Assembly: GCA_963741945.1 (NCBI GenBank)
Contig: CAVUKA010000004.1
Coordinates: 192,001-256,000, forward strand
Origin: an uncultured Gemmatimonadales bacterium
Lineage (GTDB): Bacteria; Gemmatimonadota; Gemmatimonadetes; Longimicrobiales; RSA9
Direction of reading: 5' to 3'
DNA length: 64,000 bases
Under the pieces are notes generated by a model, which was given only the letters and a program-made list of their open reading frames with translations, searched no databases and was not told the origin of the DNA. The position numbers and the translations under genes are program-made. Positions 38,246-48,836 of this stretch are shown one piece after another. Positions within the stretch are counted from its first letter, which is position 1. Each line of letters opens with the position of its first letter.

Positions 38246-39082
38246 TCAGGAGCGGACGAGATCGCGCGCAAGCGCATCCCGCGTGGCCCGGTAGCCTTCT
38301 TCCAGAAAATAGTCGACGGCATCGAAGTCGAAGGTGGAGTAGCCCTCCAGCTTCGGGCGGACGTGGATCACACGCGGACCGAGCCACGCATCTTCGACCG
38401 CCTGACGGCGGGCGTAGGCCATGATGTCCATGACGCGGTGGTGAATCGCGATCATGCCCTTCTCCACCGTGTCCGCCGCATCCTTGGTACGACCGGCCGA
38501 TGTGTTCACCGCAATGATGAGATCCGCGCCCCGCTCCGCCGCGCGCGTGATCCCCACGGTGTCCATCACTCCACCGTCCACCAGGTGCATGCCGTTCACC
38601 TTCGCCGGAGGATAGAAGACCGGCAGCGCGGAGGACGCGTACACCGCCTCCGGCAGCGGCACGTCCGTTCGACCACCAGCGCCGAACCACACCTGACGCC
38701 CGCTCTCCAGGTCGACGGCGTTGATGCTCACCGGCAGCACAAGCTCCGACCACTGGCGCGTCGGCAGCACGCGCGCGATGTAGGCGCGCAACGCGTCTCC
38801 CTTGAACAACGACGGCTGGCGAATACCGTTCGGCAACAGCGCCCAACGGTTGACGTCCACGATGTCCTGCTTCCGCAGCTCACGCGCGCGCTCCGCAAGC
38901 TCCGACGGCGACGCGCCCCCGGCGACGCTGGCCGCCACCAGCGCCCCGATGCTCGTCCCCACGACTTCCCAAACGGGTATCTCCGCTTCGCGTACTGCGC
39001 GCCACGCACCCGCGTGGGCGATCCCCTTCACGCCCCCTCCGCCCAGGACGAGGACCACTCGCCGCCGCTTCGCATCATCCAT
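38246..39082 (-). CDS. patatin-like phospholipase
   Basis: GGGGVKG, GTSIG, DGG. Confidence 0.92.
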   Translation of the reverse strand: MDDAKRRRVVLVLGGGGVKGIAHAGAWRAVREAEIPVWEVVGTSIGALVAASVAGGASPSELAERARELRKQDIVDVNRWALLPNGIRQPSLFKGDALRAYIARVLPTRQWSELVLPVSINAVDLESGRQVWFGAGGRTDVPLPEAVYASSALPVFYPPAKVNGMHLVDGGVMDTVGITRAAERGADLIIAVNTSAGRTKDAADTVEKGMIAIHHRVMDIMAYARRQAVEDAWLGPRVIHVRPKLEGYSTFDFDAVDYFLEEGYRATRDALARDLVRS

Positions 39083-39178
39083 TGCGGGAACGTATCGTGG
39101 CGGGGCTCCGGCGGGAAGGTCGCGCGGACCCCGTCGCGGGCTCCGGGGTTGCATAGGGACTGGGGACGCGGTATGGTT

Positions 39179-39197
39179 GAAATCGAGAATCATTCTT
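39179..39197. promoter_or_regulatory. Fur-family-like box upstream of the suf operon
   Basis: GAAATCGAGAATCATTCTT, 13/19 identical to GATAATGATAATCATTATC; core palindrome AGAAT-C-ATTCT in an otherwise GC-rich spacer. Confidence 0.55.
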
Positions 39198-39276
39198 TGT
39201 TGGGCGCCCCGTCCGGCGGCGATGCCGTGGGGCGGGTTTTTGTCTGCATGGCAGCCGAGGAACCGAGCGCAGAGAC

Positions 39277-40050
39277 ATGGCGATGCTGAAGATCGAGGAC
39301 CTGCGGGCACGAGTCGCAGGAGACGAGGGTAAAGAGATCCTGCGGGGATTGAGCCTGGAGATCGAGTCCGGGAAGATCCACGCGATCATGGGTCCGAACG
39401 GGTCCGGGAAGAGCACGCTGGCAAAAGTGCTGGCGGGGCATCCTGCCTACGTGGTGACGAGCGGGAGCGTGACGTTCCGCGGTGATGATCTGCTGGCGCT
39501 GGAGGCGGATGAGCGTGCGCGGAAGGGTGTGTTCCTTGCCTTCCAGTATCCCGTGGAGATACCCGGAGTCTCGATCGCGAATTTCCTGCGGACGGCAGTG
39601 CAGGCGAAGCGAGGGGCGGAGGAAGTGGATCTGTTCGAGTTCCAGCAGGAGCTGATGGAGAAGATGGAGCTGCTGGAGATGGATCCGGCGTTCGCGGTGC
39701 GGAGTGTGAACCAGGGGTTCAGCGGGGGCGAGAAGAAGCGCAACGAGATCCTGCAGCTGGCGATGCTGGAGCCGACGCTGGCCATTCTGGACGAGACGGA
39801 TTCCGGGTTGGACATCGACGCGCTGAAGGTGGTGGCGAGCGGCGTGAACAAGATCCATTCGCAGCGCGACGACATGGGTGTGCTGCTGATCACGCATTAT
39901 CAGCGTCTTCTGAACTACATCGAGCCGGACGTGGTGCACGTGATGGTGCACGGCCGGATCGTGGAGAGTGGCGGCCCTGAGCTGGCGCTGAAGCTGGAGG
40001 AGCAGGGCTACGAGGCGTGGCGTGAGGAGGAGGCGGGGGCCGGGGTGTAG
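39277..40050 (+). CDS. sufC: Fe-S cluster assembly ATPase
   Basis: [38 protein letters not shown]. Confidence 0.97.
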   Translation: MAMLKIEDLRARVAGDEGKEILRGLSLEIESGKIHAIMGPNGSGKSTLAKVLAGHPAYVVTSGSVTFRGDDLLALEADERARKGVFLAFQYPVEIPGVSIANFLRTAVQAKRGAEEVDLFEFQQELMEKMELLEMDPAFAVRSVNQGFSGGEKKRNEILQLAMLEPTLAILDETDSGLDIDALKVVASGVNKIHSQRDDMGVLLITHYQRLLNYIEPDVVHVMVHGRIVESGGPELALKLEEQGYEAWREEEAGAGV

Positions 40051-40119
40051 CGGACGCTGGCAGTCGGATAGCAGAGAATAGCAGAGCAGTGCCCAAACGG
40101 GTGGAAGGTGAGGCGAACC

Positions 40120-41535
40120 ATGCCATACGACGAGACAGTCGCGAATCTGGGGCTCGAGGACTACAAGTACGGCTTCCGTACGGAGGACCAGGCGTTCTTC
40201 CGGGCGGAGCCGGGCCTCAGCGAGGACGTGGTCCGTCAGATCTCGGCGAACAAGGGTGAACCGGACTGGATGCTGGAGTTCCGGCTGAAGGCGCTGGAGG
40301 TCTACAACCGGAAGCCGATGCCTACGTGGGGCGCGGACCTTTCGGGGCTCGAGGACGTGCTGGACAGCATCTACTACTACGTCCGCCCGCAGGAGAAGAT
40401 GGAGCGGTCGTGGGAGGACGTGCCGGACAACATCAAGAAGACGTTCCAGCGGCTCGGCATCCCGGAGGCGGAGCAGAAGGTTCTGGCGGGGGTGGGCGCG
40501 CAGTACGAGTCGGAGATGGTCTATCACTCGTTGAAGAAGGAGTGGGAGAACAAGGGGATCATCTTCGAGTCCATCGAGAACGGTCTGCGCCTGTACCCGG
40601 AGATCTTCCGTGAGCACTTCTCGACCGTGGTGCCTGCGAGCGACAACAAGTTCGCGGCCTTGAACTCGGCGGTGTGGTCCGGCGGCTCGTTCGTGTACAT
40701 CCCGAAGGGCGTGAAGATCGATACACCGCTCCAGGCCTACTTCCGGGTGAACCAGGAGCGGATGGGCCAGTTCGAGCGCACGCTGATCATCGTGGAGGAG
40801 GGGGCGGACGCCCAGTACATCGAGGGGTGCACGGCGCCGGTCTACTCCACGGAGTCGTTCCACAGCGGCGTGATCGAGATCATCATCAAGGACAACGCCC
40901 GGTTCCGCTACGTCACGATCCAGAACTGGTCGAACAACATGTACAACCTGGTCACCCAGCGGGCGATGGTGGGCCAGCACGGTCACATGGAGTGGATCGA
41001 CGGGAACCTGGGGTCGAAAGCGACGATGAAGTATCCGTCCTGCTACCTGATGGGCGAGGGTGCGCACGGCTCGATCCTGAGCATCGCGTACGCCGGGAAC
41101 GGCCAGCACCAGGACACGGGCGGGAAGGTGGTGCACGCGGCGCCGAACACCACGTCGCAGATCATCTCGAAGTCGATTTCCGTGGGAACGGGCCGCTCGA
41201 CCTATCGCGGACTGGCGAAAGTGTACGAGGGTGCGGTGCGGGCGAAGAGCAACGTGGAATGTGACGCGCTGCTGTTGAACGAAACGAGCCGCACGGACAC
41301 CTTCCCGTACATCGAGATCGAGGAGAACAGCGCGAGCATCGGGCACGAAGCGAGCGTCTCGAAGATCGGCGAGGAGCAGCTCTTCTACCTCATGAGCCGC
41401 GGTCTGGCGGAGGACGAGGCGGCTGCGCTGATCGTGCGCGGGTTCATCGAGCCGATCTCGAAGGAGCTCCCGCTGGAATATGCGGTGGAGCTGAACCGAC
41501 TCATCGAGCTGGAGATGGAGGGTAGCGTTGGCTGA
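40120..41535 (+). CDS. sufB: Fe-S cluster assembly protein
   Basis: [38 protein letters not shown]. Confidence 0.97.
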   Translation: MPYDETVANLGLEDYKYGFRTEDQAFFRAEPGLSEDVVRQISANKGEPDWMLEFRLKALEVYNRKPMPTWGADLSGLEDVLDSIYYYVRPQEKMERSWEDVPDNIKKTFQRLGIPEAEQKVLAGVGAQYESEMVYHSLKKEWENKGIIFESIENGLRLYPEIFREHFSTVVPASDNKFAALNSAVWSGGSFVYIPKGVKIDTPLQAYFRVNQERMGQFERTLIIVEEGADAQYIEGCTAPVYSTESFHSGVIEIIIKDNARFRYVTIQNWSNNMYNLVTQRAMVGQHGHMEWIDGNLGSKATMKYPSCYLMGEGAHGSILSIAYAGNGQHQDTGGKVVHAAPNTTSQIISKSISVGTGRSTYRGLAKVYEGAVRAKSNVECDALLLNETSRTDTFPYIEIEENSASIGHEASVSKIGEEQLFYLMSRGLAEDEAAALIVRGFIEPISKELPLEYAVELNRLIELEMEGSVG

Positions 41536-42838
41536 GGTCGCAGCGCCCCCCAAGGGGCTGACGGGCATACGACGTGACGAGGCGCTGGGCCTGGCCGACG
41601 GACAACCGGACTGGCTGCGGTCGCTGCGCACGGAAGCGTTCGAAGCGTTCGAGCGCCTGGATTACCCGACGCGCAAGCTGGAGGAATGGCGGTACACGGA
41701 GGTGAGCCAGCTGAAGCTGGACGCCGTGCACCCTGCCGTATCCAGGGGCGGTCCCGCGCCGGCGGAAGCCAGAGCGCTGCTCGCGGACAGGGAAGCCGCG
41801 GCGAAAGTGCTGTTCGTGGGGGCGTCGCCTGCGGAGATCGAAGTGGATCCGGCCGTGTCCGAGCAGGGTGTGGTCGTGCAGGACCTGGCCACGGCGGCCT
41901 CCGAGCATCCCGAGCTGGTCCGGAAACATCTGGGCTCCGCCCTGGCCATGGACGCCGACCGGCTGGCCGCGCTGAACGGCGCAATGTGGACGGGGGGCGT
42001 TTTCGTCTACGTACCGGCGGGGGTGAAAGTCGAGCGTCCGATCCGGGCCGCCCGCTGGCTCTCCGAAAGCGGGGTGGCCGTGTTCCCGCGAACGCTGATC
42101 GTGGTCGAGGCGGGGAGTCACCTTGCCTACGTGGACGAGTTTGCCTCACCGGACTTCGATGCGCCCGCGGTGTCACTCGGGGGGGTCGAAGTGATCGCGG
42201 GTGAAGGCGCGGACGTGCAGTACGTGGCCGCGCAGCAGTGGGGTGCGGGCGTGCGGCACCTCTCCATGCAGCGCACGCTGGCCGGCAGGGACAGCAACCT
42301 GGACACGCTGGTGGTGAACCTGGGCGGCGAAGTGGCGCGCGTGGACCTGAACGCGCGACTCGAAGGTCCGGGCGCGCGCAGCGACATGCTGGGGCTCTAC
42401 TTCGCGCGTGGGAAGCAGCACTTCGACCACAACACGCGGCAGGACCACGTGAGCCCCGGCGCGAACAGCGACCTGCTGTACAAGGGTGCGCTGTACGACC
42501 GCTCCAAGGCCATTTTCAGGGGCGTGATCCGGGTCTTTCCCGGAGCGCAGAAGACGGACGCCTACCAGACGAACCGTAACCTGCTGCTGAGCGAGGAAGC
42601 GGAAGCGGTGTCGCTTCCGAACCTCGAGATCGAGGCGGACGACGTGAAGTGCTCCCACGGCGCCACCGTGGGCCACCTGGACGAGGAGGAGATGTTCTAC
42701 CTCCTGAGCCGCGGGCTGAACAAGGAGCAGGCGGAGCGGCTGGTCATCTTCGGCTTCTTCGGCGAAGTGCTGGACCGGCTGCCGCTGCCGGGCGTGGTGG
42801 CGGAGCTGAAAGCGGCGATCGAAGCCAAGATCCGCTGA
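41528..42838 (+). CDS. sufD: Fe-S cluster assembly protein
   Basis: [32 protein letters not shown]. Confidence 0.95.
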   Translation: MAEVAAPPKGLTGIRRDEALGLADGQPDWLRSLRTEAFEAFERLDYPTRKLEEWRYTEVSQLKLDAVHPAVSRGGPAPAEARALLADREAAAKVLFVGASPAEIEVDPAVSEQGVVVQDLATAASEHPELVRKHLGSALAMDADRLAALNGAMWTGGVFVYVPAGVKVERPIRAARWLSESGVAVFPRTLIVVEAGSHLAYVDEFASPDFDAPAVSLGGVEVIAGEGADVQYVAAQQWGAGVRHLSMQRTLAGRDSNLDTLVVNLGGEVARVDLNARLEGPGARSDMLGLYFARGKQHFDHNTRQDHVSPGANSDLLYKGALYDRSKAIFRGVIRVFPGAQKTDAYQTNRNLLLSEEAEAVSLPNLEIEADDVKCSHGATVGHLDEEEMFYLLSRGLNKEQAERLVIFGFFGEVLDRLPLPGVVAELKAAIEAKIR

Positions 42839-43149
42839 TGGCGTGGGTGCAGGTGGCCACGACGGCTGATCTCCCGGAACGGGGGCTCCTGGCCGTGGAG
42901 GCGGAGGGCGAGAAGATCGTGCTGATTGCGACGGGCGCTGGCGCCTATTATGCGCTGAAAGACCGCTGCTCGCATGCCAATTACCCGCTGTCGGACGGCG
43001 AGCTGCTCGACGATCAGCGGCTGGAGTGCCAGTATCACGGCGCGAAGTTCGATGTGGAGACCGGGCGGGCGCTGGCCCTGCCGGCGATCCGGCCCGTGAA
43101 GAGCTACGAGGTCAGGGTGGATGGGAACGCCATCCTGGTGGACGTGTGA
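42838..43149 (+). CDS. Rieske-type [2Fe-2S] ferredoxin
   Basis: CSH...CQYHG motifs; TGATG coupling with sufD. Confidence 0.92.
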   Translation: MAWVQVATTADLPERGLLAVEAEGEKIVLIATGAGAYYALKDRCSHANYPLSDGELLDDQRLECQYHGAKFDVETGRALALPAIRPVKSYEVRVDGNAILVDV

Positions 43150-43153
43150 TGAG

Positions 43154-44449
43154 ATGAGCGAGCCACAGAGTCGGGAGAACGGCGGGGTCACCGTCGCGGG
43201 GTCGACCGCGCCGCGTGACCCCGAGTCATTCGACGCGGTGAAGGTGCGCGAGCGCTTTCCGCTGCTCCAGGCGGACCCGGATGGCCGGCGGCTGGTTTAC
43301 CTGGACAGTGCGGCCACGGCGCAGCGGCCCGAGGCGGTGATCGAGGCCGTCTCCGAGTTCTATCGCCGCGACAACGCGAACGTCCACCGGGGCATCTACG
43401 AGCTCTCCCGCCGCGCCACGGAGCGGTTCGAGGACGCGCGTGCTGCGGTCGCGAGGATGCTGAACGCGCCATCGTCGTCCGAGATCGTCTGGACCCGGGG
43501 GACCACGGAGGCCATCAACCTGGTCGCCGCCACGTGGGGGGCCGAGAACGTGGGAGCGGGCGACGAGATCGTCCTCACCCTGCTCGACCATCACTCCAAC
43601 ATCGTCCCCTGGCAGCTCCTGGCGCGGCGCGCGGGCGCAAAGCTGCGATACGTCGGCATTGACGACCAGGGCCGCCTCAGGCTCGACGAGCTCGACAGTC
43701 TCCTGACCGAGCGCACGCGACTGGTGGCGTTGAACCACGTCTCGAATGCGCTGGGGACGGTGAACCCCGTTGCCGATGTGGTGGCGCGCGCGCACGCCGC
43801 CGGCGCGAAAGTGCTGGTGGACGGGGCGCAGGGGGCCCCACACCTCCCGGTGGACGTCCAGGCGCTGGGATGCGATTTCTACGCGCTCTCCGGCCACAAG
43901 ATGGGCGGACCCATGGGAATCGGGGCGCTCTGGGCGCGTCGCGACCTCCTGGAGGCCATGCCGCCGTATCAGGGCGGTGGTGAGATGATCGACGTGGTCG
44001 GTCCCGACGAGTCCACGTGGGCGGAGGTGCCGCACAAGTTCGAAGCGGGCACCCCGAACGTGGCCGGCGCGGTGGGAATGGCTGCGGCGGTGGAGTTCCT
44101 CCGCGACCTGGGCGCTGAAGCCGTGGTGGCCCATGAGGCGGAGCTTGTGCGATATGGCCTGGACCGGCTGGGCGGGTTGAAGGGCGTGCGACTGTTCGGG
44201 CCCACGGTGCCCGAGGACCGGATCGCCGTATTCTCGTTCGCCCTCGACGGGGTCCACCCGCACGATGTGGCCACCATCCTGGACGCGGAGGGGATCGCCG
44301 TGCGGGCGGGGCATCATTGCACGCAGCCCCTCATGCGGCGGCTGAAGGTCCCCGCGACGACCCGCGCCTCCTGTTACGTGTACAACACCACCGACGACCT
44401 CGACCGCCTGGCGGAGGGGCTGGAAAAGGCCCGCGCCATCTTCGGCTGA
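43154..44449 (+). CDS. sufS: cysteine desulfurase
   Basis: YLDSAAT, NVHRG, SGHK, FEAGTP, RAGHHC. Confidence 0.96.
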   Translation: MSEPQSRENGGVTVAGSTAPRDPESFDAVKVRERFPLLQADPDGRRLVYLDSAATAQRPEAVIEAVSEFYRRDNANVHRGIYELSRRATERFEDARAAVARMLNAPSSSEIVWTRGTTEAINLVAATWGAENVGAGDEIVLTLLDHHSNIVPWQLLARRAGAKLRYVGIDDQGRLRLDELDSLLTERTRLVALNHVSNALGTVNPVADVVARAHAAGAKVLVDGAQGAPHLPVDVQALGCDFYALSGHKMGGPMGIGALWARRDLLEAMPPYQGGGEMIDVVGPDESTWAEVPHKFEAGTPNVAGAVGMAAAVEFLRDLGAEAVVAHEAELVRYGLDRLGGLKGVRLFGPTVPEDRIAVFSFALDGVHPHDVATILDAEGIAVRAGHHCTQPLMRRLKVPATTRASCYVYNTTDDLDRLAEGLEKARAIFG

Positions 44450-44490
44450 GGCATCGTCGCAGAGCAGAAACTCGAACGCCGAATCACCCG

Positions 44491-44958
44491 ATGGACCGAT
44501 CGACGCCAGCGCTGGGAGACCTCTTCCAGGACATCATACTCGAGCATTACAGGCGGCCACGGAACAAGGGGTCGCTGGACGGCGCCACCGTTACCGTGCA
44601 CATGAACAATCCCACCTGTGGTGACGAGGTCATGCTCTACCTCGGGGTGGAGGACGGGGTGGTGAAGGACGTGGCGTTCGAGGGCGAAGGGTGCTCGATC
44701 TCGCAGTCGTCCATCTCCATGATGACGCAGATCCTGAAGGACCAGCCCGTAGCGGAGGGGCTGCGCCTGGCCGACCGGTTCAAGGAAATGATGCACGGCA
44801 ACGCCGAAGCCGCGAAGGACAAGGAGCTTCGCGACGCCCGCGCGCTGGCCGGTGTGAGCAAGTTCCCGACGCGCATCAAGTGCGCGCTGCTCGGCTGGAA
44901 CGCGTTCGAGGAAGCGGCGAAGCAGGTTTCGAACGGGAAGAAGCAGCCACCGGCGTAG
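44491..44958 (+). CDS. sufU: SUF system NifU-family sulfur transfer protein
   Basis: NPTCGD, GCSIS, RIKCA. Confidence 0.94.
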   Translation: MDRSTPALGDLFQDIILEHYRRPRNKGSLDGATVTVHMNNPTCGDEVMLYLGVEDGVVKDVAFEGEGCSISQSSISMMTQILKDQPVAEGLRLADRFKEMMHGNAEAAKDKELRDARALAGVSKFPTRIKCALLGWNAFEEAAKQVSNGKKQPPA

Positions 44959-44970
44959 CACCGCCCGCGG

Positions 44971-46422
44971 CTAATCCGGCGGCCCCATGACCCGGGCCAG
45001 TGTCTCCTCGAGCGCTCCGCTCCGAAGTCCCTGGTCGACGGCGATCACCCTCCCATCGCGTCCCACCAGAACCGCGTGGGGAAGGACGTCAACATCGTAG
45101 GCCCGGGACAGCTCGCCCCGGAAGATCGAGTCCGCCCCCACGAACGCATGCGTCCACGGCATCGGCCACTTCCGCCGGAACGCCGCCACGTCCGATCGCT
45201 CCTCATCGTACGACACACTGAGGATGTCGAAGCCGCGGGCGTGGAAGTGGCGGTACGCTCGCTCGAGCACGGGCACCTGGGCCACACAGGGCACGCACCA
45301 CGTGGCCCAGAAATCCACCAGCCACACCTTCCCGGCGAACCGCTCCGGCCGTATCGGGTCGGCATCGGCGGACAACGGAGGGAAAGCGACGGCAGGGACG
45401 GGGCTGCCCTCGTCCAGCGCTTCGCCCGGTGGCGCCGCGGCGGCGTGGCGGTACGCGCTGCTCTCGGGATAGTCCGTCCGGAGCTGCTGGAAGAGTGCGA
45501 CGGCTTCCGCCTGGCGCCCTGATCCTCGCGCCAGCGCCACCCGCTCGTCCAGCGCCCACGCCCGCGCGTCTGCGTCGGGATTCTCCTCCGCCACCCGGCG
45601 CAGGTACTCGTCGGCGCGACGGCTCGCCAGCGTCTCCCGACCCGCCGCGGCCTCGGCGTCCTGCGCCGCACGAGTCGGTGCGCGGGATCCGCCGGCCCCC
45701 TCCGCCAGCCTGGCGAACGTCGGGACCTTGAGAAGGTCGAGAGGTCGACGCGCCCACACGAGGGCGGTGGCGGGGATCCCCGCGAGGACGGTGTCGTAGA
45801 CCGGGTCCGCGAGCTGACCGCTCACGAACCCCGAGAGAGCCAGCGCCAGCCACGCGGCCGCGCGAACTTCCTCGCCGGGGTCGCTCGTGGCGATGATGCG
45901 CAGGGTGTCCGGCCACGCGCCGAGGTCGAGGGCAGGCGGCGCCGATGCACCCGCGGCCACCGCTCCCAGGTATGCGTCGTTCTGCCGGGCCTGAACCGCG
46001 CGGATCTGGTCGAGGATCCGGCCCCAGCGCGCCGATTCCGGATCCCCTCGCGCCCTGCGGAGCTCCGGGCGCGGCATGGCCGGGCCCAGGAGCACGTTGA
46101 ATTCCTGCGTCCCGCTCGTCAGCAGGAGCGCGGCCCACGCCCACGCCCCGTAGTCGCCCGCACTGTCCGCGGAGAAGCCGATGAGCCCCGAGCCGCCGGC
46201 CGGGACGCGCAAGCGGACGCGGCCGGCGGAGTCCGTGCGGGCCTGGACGGTGCTGTCGGCGAGGTCGACCACGAGGCGGACGTTCAGCCCCGCCAGGGGC
46301 CGGCCGTCGCGGTCGTGCGCCACCGCGATCACGGTAGCGGGGCGTGCGCTCGGGCTGCACGCCACGAAGGTCGCGGCGGCCGCGAGGGCGACAACGGCGC
46401 GGGCAATCCGTCCAGGCGGCAT
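44971..46422 (-). CDS. TlpA/ResA-like thioredoxin lipoprotein with long N-terminal extension
   Basis: Lipobox FVAC; C-terminal DFWATWCVPC. Confidence 0.85.
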   Translation of the reverse strand: MPPGRIARAVVALAAAATFVACSPSARPATVIAVAHDRDGRPLAGLNVRLVVDLADSTVQARTDSAGRVRLRVPAGGSGLIGFSADSAGDYGAWAWAALLLTSGTQEFNVLLGPAMPRPELRRARGDPESARWGRILDQIRAVQARQNDAYLGAVAAGASAPPALDLGAWPDTLRIIATSDPGEEVRAAAWLALALSGFVSGQLADPVYDTVLAGIPATALVWARRPLDLLKVPTFARLAEGAGGSRAPTRAAQDAEAAAGRETLASRRADEYLRRVAEENPDADARAWALDERVALARGSGRQAEAVALFQQLRTDYPESSAYRHAAAAPPGEALDEGSPVPAVAFPPLSADADPIRPERFAGKVWLVDFWATWCVPCVAQVPVLERAYRHFHARGFDILSVSYDEERSDVAAFRRKWPMPWTHAFVGADSIFRGELSRAYDVDVLPHAVLVGRDGRVIAVDQGLRSGALEETLARVMGPPD

Positions 46423-46591
46423 TCCAGACCGGGTCCTTTTCAAGGGCAGCATGTGGACGTTCGCGCCGCCGTCGCGGCCGGTCAACTGCGGTCGCGGCCT
46501 GGTGCTTGCCACGGTCCGGTGCCGCCCGGCACCTTGTCGGACAGTCCGGGCACCTCGGGTGGGCACCCACCGAACGAGCCGGGAGGCGCAC

Positions 46592-47914
46592 ATGAGTGAA
46601 CAGGACGGCCGGCTGAGCGGCGCGGGACGGATCGGTCGAAGGGTGGCCATCATCGCGGGGTGTCGGACCCCGTTCGCGAAGTCCGGGACCGCATTCCGGG
46701 ACATGACGGCCATCGACCTGGGCACGATCGCCGTGCGGGAGCTGCTCGGCCGGGCCGATCTGCAGGGCGATGAAGTGGATGAGCTGGTCTACGGCACGGT
46801 CGTGCATTCGGTGCAGGCGCCGAACATCGCGCGGGAGGTGAGTCTGCGCGCCGGCGTATCGCCGACCGTTCCTTCCTTCACCGTGAGCCGGGCGTGCGCG
46901 AGCGCCAACCAGGCCATCACGTCCGGGGCGGAGAAGATCGCGCTCGGGCAGGGGGACGTGGTGATCGCCGGCGGTGCAGAGTCGCTTTCCGACATTCCGA
47001 TCATGGTGTCACGGCCGCTGCGCGACCGGCTCATTTCGCTGTCCAAGGCGAAGACCATGGGACAACGCCTGAAAGCGTTCGCCGGGTTCCGCCCGGGTGA
47101 GCTGGCGCCGATGACGCCGGCGATCGCAGAGCCATCCACGGGCGAGACGATGGGCGAGAGCGCGGAGCGGATGGCCAAGGAGAACGGGCTCAGCCGCGAA
47201 GCCCAGGACCGCTGGGCGCTCCGGTCGCACGAGCTCGCCGCCGCCGGAACCGCCGACGGGCGGCTGACCGCCGAGATCACCCCCGTCTACATCCCGCCGC
47301 GCTACGAGGACGTGGTGGACGCGGACAACGGCATTCGAGCCGACACCAGCCTTCAGAAGCTGGCCGCGCTGCGCCCCGCGTTCGACCGGAAGTACGGCAG
47401 CGTCACGGCTGGCAACGCGTCGCCGCTGACCGATGGCGCTTCCGCGGTCCTGCTCATGAGCGAGGAGCGTGCGAAGGCGGAAGGCAGAGAGCCTCTGGGC
47501 TACATCCGAAGCTGGGCCTACGCCGCGCTTGCCCCTTCCGACCAGTTGCTCCAGGGCCCGGCGTTCGCCGTGCCGCGGGCGCTGGACCGCGCGGGCGTTG
47601 CCATGAAGGACATCGAGCTCTGGGAGATGCACGAGGCCTTCGCCGCGCAGGTGCTCTCCAACCTGCAATGGCTGGACTCGGACACCTTCGCCCGTGAGCG
47701 CCTTGGACGCGCCTCCCGGGTCGGCGTCATCGACGAGGACCGGATCAACGTCATGGGCGGGAGCATCGCCATCGGTCACCCCTTCGGCGCCACCGGGGGG
47801 CGCCTGACGGTCACGCTCCTGAACGAGATGGCGCGCCGCGGTGTCGGGATCGGCCTGATCAGCGTGTGTGCGGCGGGTGCCCTCGGCTTCGCCATGGTGC
47901 TCGAGCGGGCGTAG
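46592..47914 (+). CDS. fadI: 3-ketoacyl-CoA thiolase (FadI type)
   Basis: RTPF, SRACAS, HEAF, GHPFGATG, CAAG; GGGAGG RBS. Confidence 0.88.
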   Translation: MSEQDGRLSGAGRIGRRVAIIAGCRTPFAKSGTAFRDMTAIDLGTIAVRELLGRADLQGDEVDELVYGTVVHSVQAPNIAREVSLRAGVSPTVPSFTVSRACASANQAITSGAEKIALGQGDVVIAGGAESLSDIPIMVSRPLRDRLISLSKAKTMGQRLKAFAGFRPGELAPMTPAIAEPSTGETMGESAERMAKENGLSREAQDRWALRSHELAAAGTADGRLTAEITPVYIPPRYEDVVDADNGIRADTSLQKLAALRPAFDRKYGSVTAGNASPLTDGASAVLLMSEERAKAEGREPLGYIRSWAYAALAPSDQLLQGPAFAVPRALDRAGVAMKDIELWEMHEAFAAQVLSNLQWLDSDTFARERLGRASRVGVIDEDRINVMGGSIAIGHPFGATGGRLTVTLLNEMARRGVGIGLISVCAAGALGFAMVLERA

Positions 47915-48836
47915 GCGGCTCGCCCTCCACCCGACGCAGCGTCCGCCAGGCAATCAGCGCCCGCCGAGCCCCGTAGTCGTGGCCCCACGAGCCGTCGCCC
48001 TGCTGCGCGGCGGTCAGCAGACGAGCACCGTTCCACAACGCCCGCCTCGCCTGCTCCGGCGAGATGCCCGCGTCCCAGGCGGCAGTGAGCACTTCCAGCG
48101 CCTGGTAGGCATCGGTCTCCACCCAGCTGCCATCGCCCCGCTGCTTCGCGGACACGAGCCGTAGCCCCCACTCGGCCGAGGCACGGTCTTCCGGGACCGG
48201 GGACATCACCAGGGCATGGACAGCGGACAGGAGAGCCGTGGTCGTGAGGCCCGGGGTCTCCACGCGACTCCAGGCACGGACCAGCGCGCCCAGGCCACGC
48301 AGGTGGAGCCTCGAATCCGGCCCATCGTCGCCCCACGCGAGCAGCGCCCGGAGCGCCGTGGTGGAAGCGACGAAGCGCACTTCCGAATCCCCTCGGAGTA
48401 CCCCGCCCGCCGACGTCCTCGTCTCGCCGTACACCATCTCCGGCGGCCCCGCCGAGAAGAAGCCGCCGAGGAAATGGTGACACAGGGCCATTTCGTGCCG
48501 CTCTGGCGTGCACCCGTCGCTCCATGCGCCCGCCGCGCCCCGCCGGCGGCGGAGCCAGTCCAGCGCCCGTCCGACCCCGGGGTCCTGCTCGACCACGCCG
48601 GCAGCCTGGCGGAGCTCCTGGATCAGCAGGAGCGCCGCAGCCGTTTCCCGGACGTCCCCTGCCCAGGCAGCGGAGGCGTCCTGGTCGTCGAGTACGCGTC
48701 TCACCCAGCGCTGCGCCTGCTGTGAATCCGGCGCCATTCCCGATTCATGGGCGGCGATAACGCCTTCCGGTGCGTCCAGCCCCGCCAGCCAGGCGCCCGC
48801 AGCGCTCAGCGCCACGGTGATCGCCTCCGCCGTCAT
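47859..48836 (-). CDS. hypothetical protein with prenyltransferase/squalene-cyclase QW-like repeats
   Basis: QRGDGSW and QQGDGSW plus degenerate QDASAAW; ATGA-coupled to the ArgE-like gene. Confidence 0.6.
   Translation of the reverse strand: MTAEAITVALSAAGAWLAGLDAPEGVIAAHESGMAPDSQQAQRWVRRVLDDQDASAAWAGDVRETAAALLLIQELRQAAGVVEQDPGVGRALDWLRRRRGAAGAWSDGCTPERHEMALCHHFLGGFFSAGPPEMVYGETRTSAGGVLRGDSEVRFVASTTALRALLAWGDDGPDSRLHLRGLGALVRAWSRVETPGLTTTALLSAVHALVMSPVPEDRASAEWGLRLVSAKQRGDGSWVETDAYQALEVLTAAWDAGISPEQARRALWNGARLLTAAQQGDGSWGHDYGARRALIAWRTLRRVEGEPPTPARAPWRSRGHPPHTR

Noticed and set aside
40069-40087. TAGCAGAG tandem duplication between sufC and sufB
   Set aside because: Only two 8-bp copies, with no evident structure or recurrence.
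39190-41631. 813-aa minus-strand ORF
   Set aside because: Antisense shadow of sufC/sufB, typical of high-GC codon bias; no motifs.
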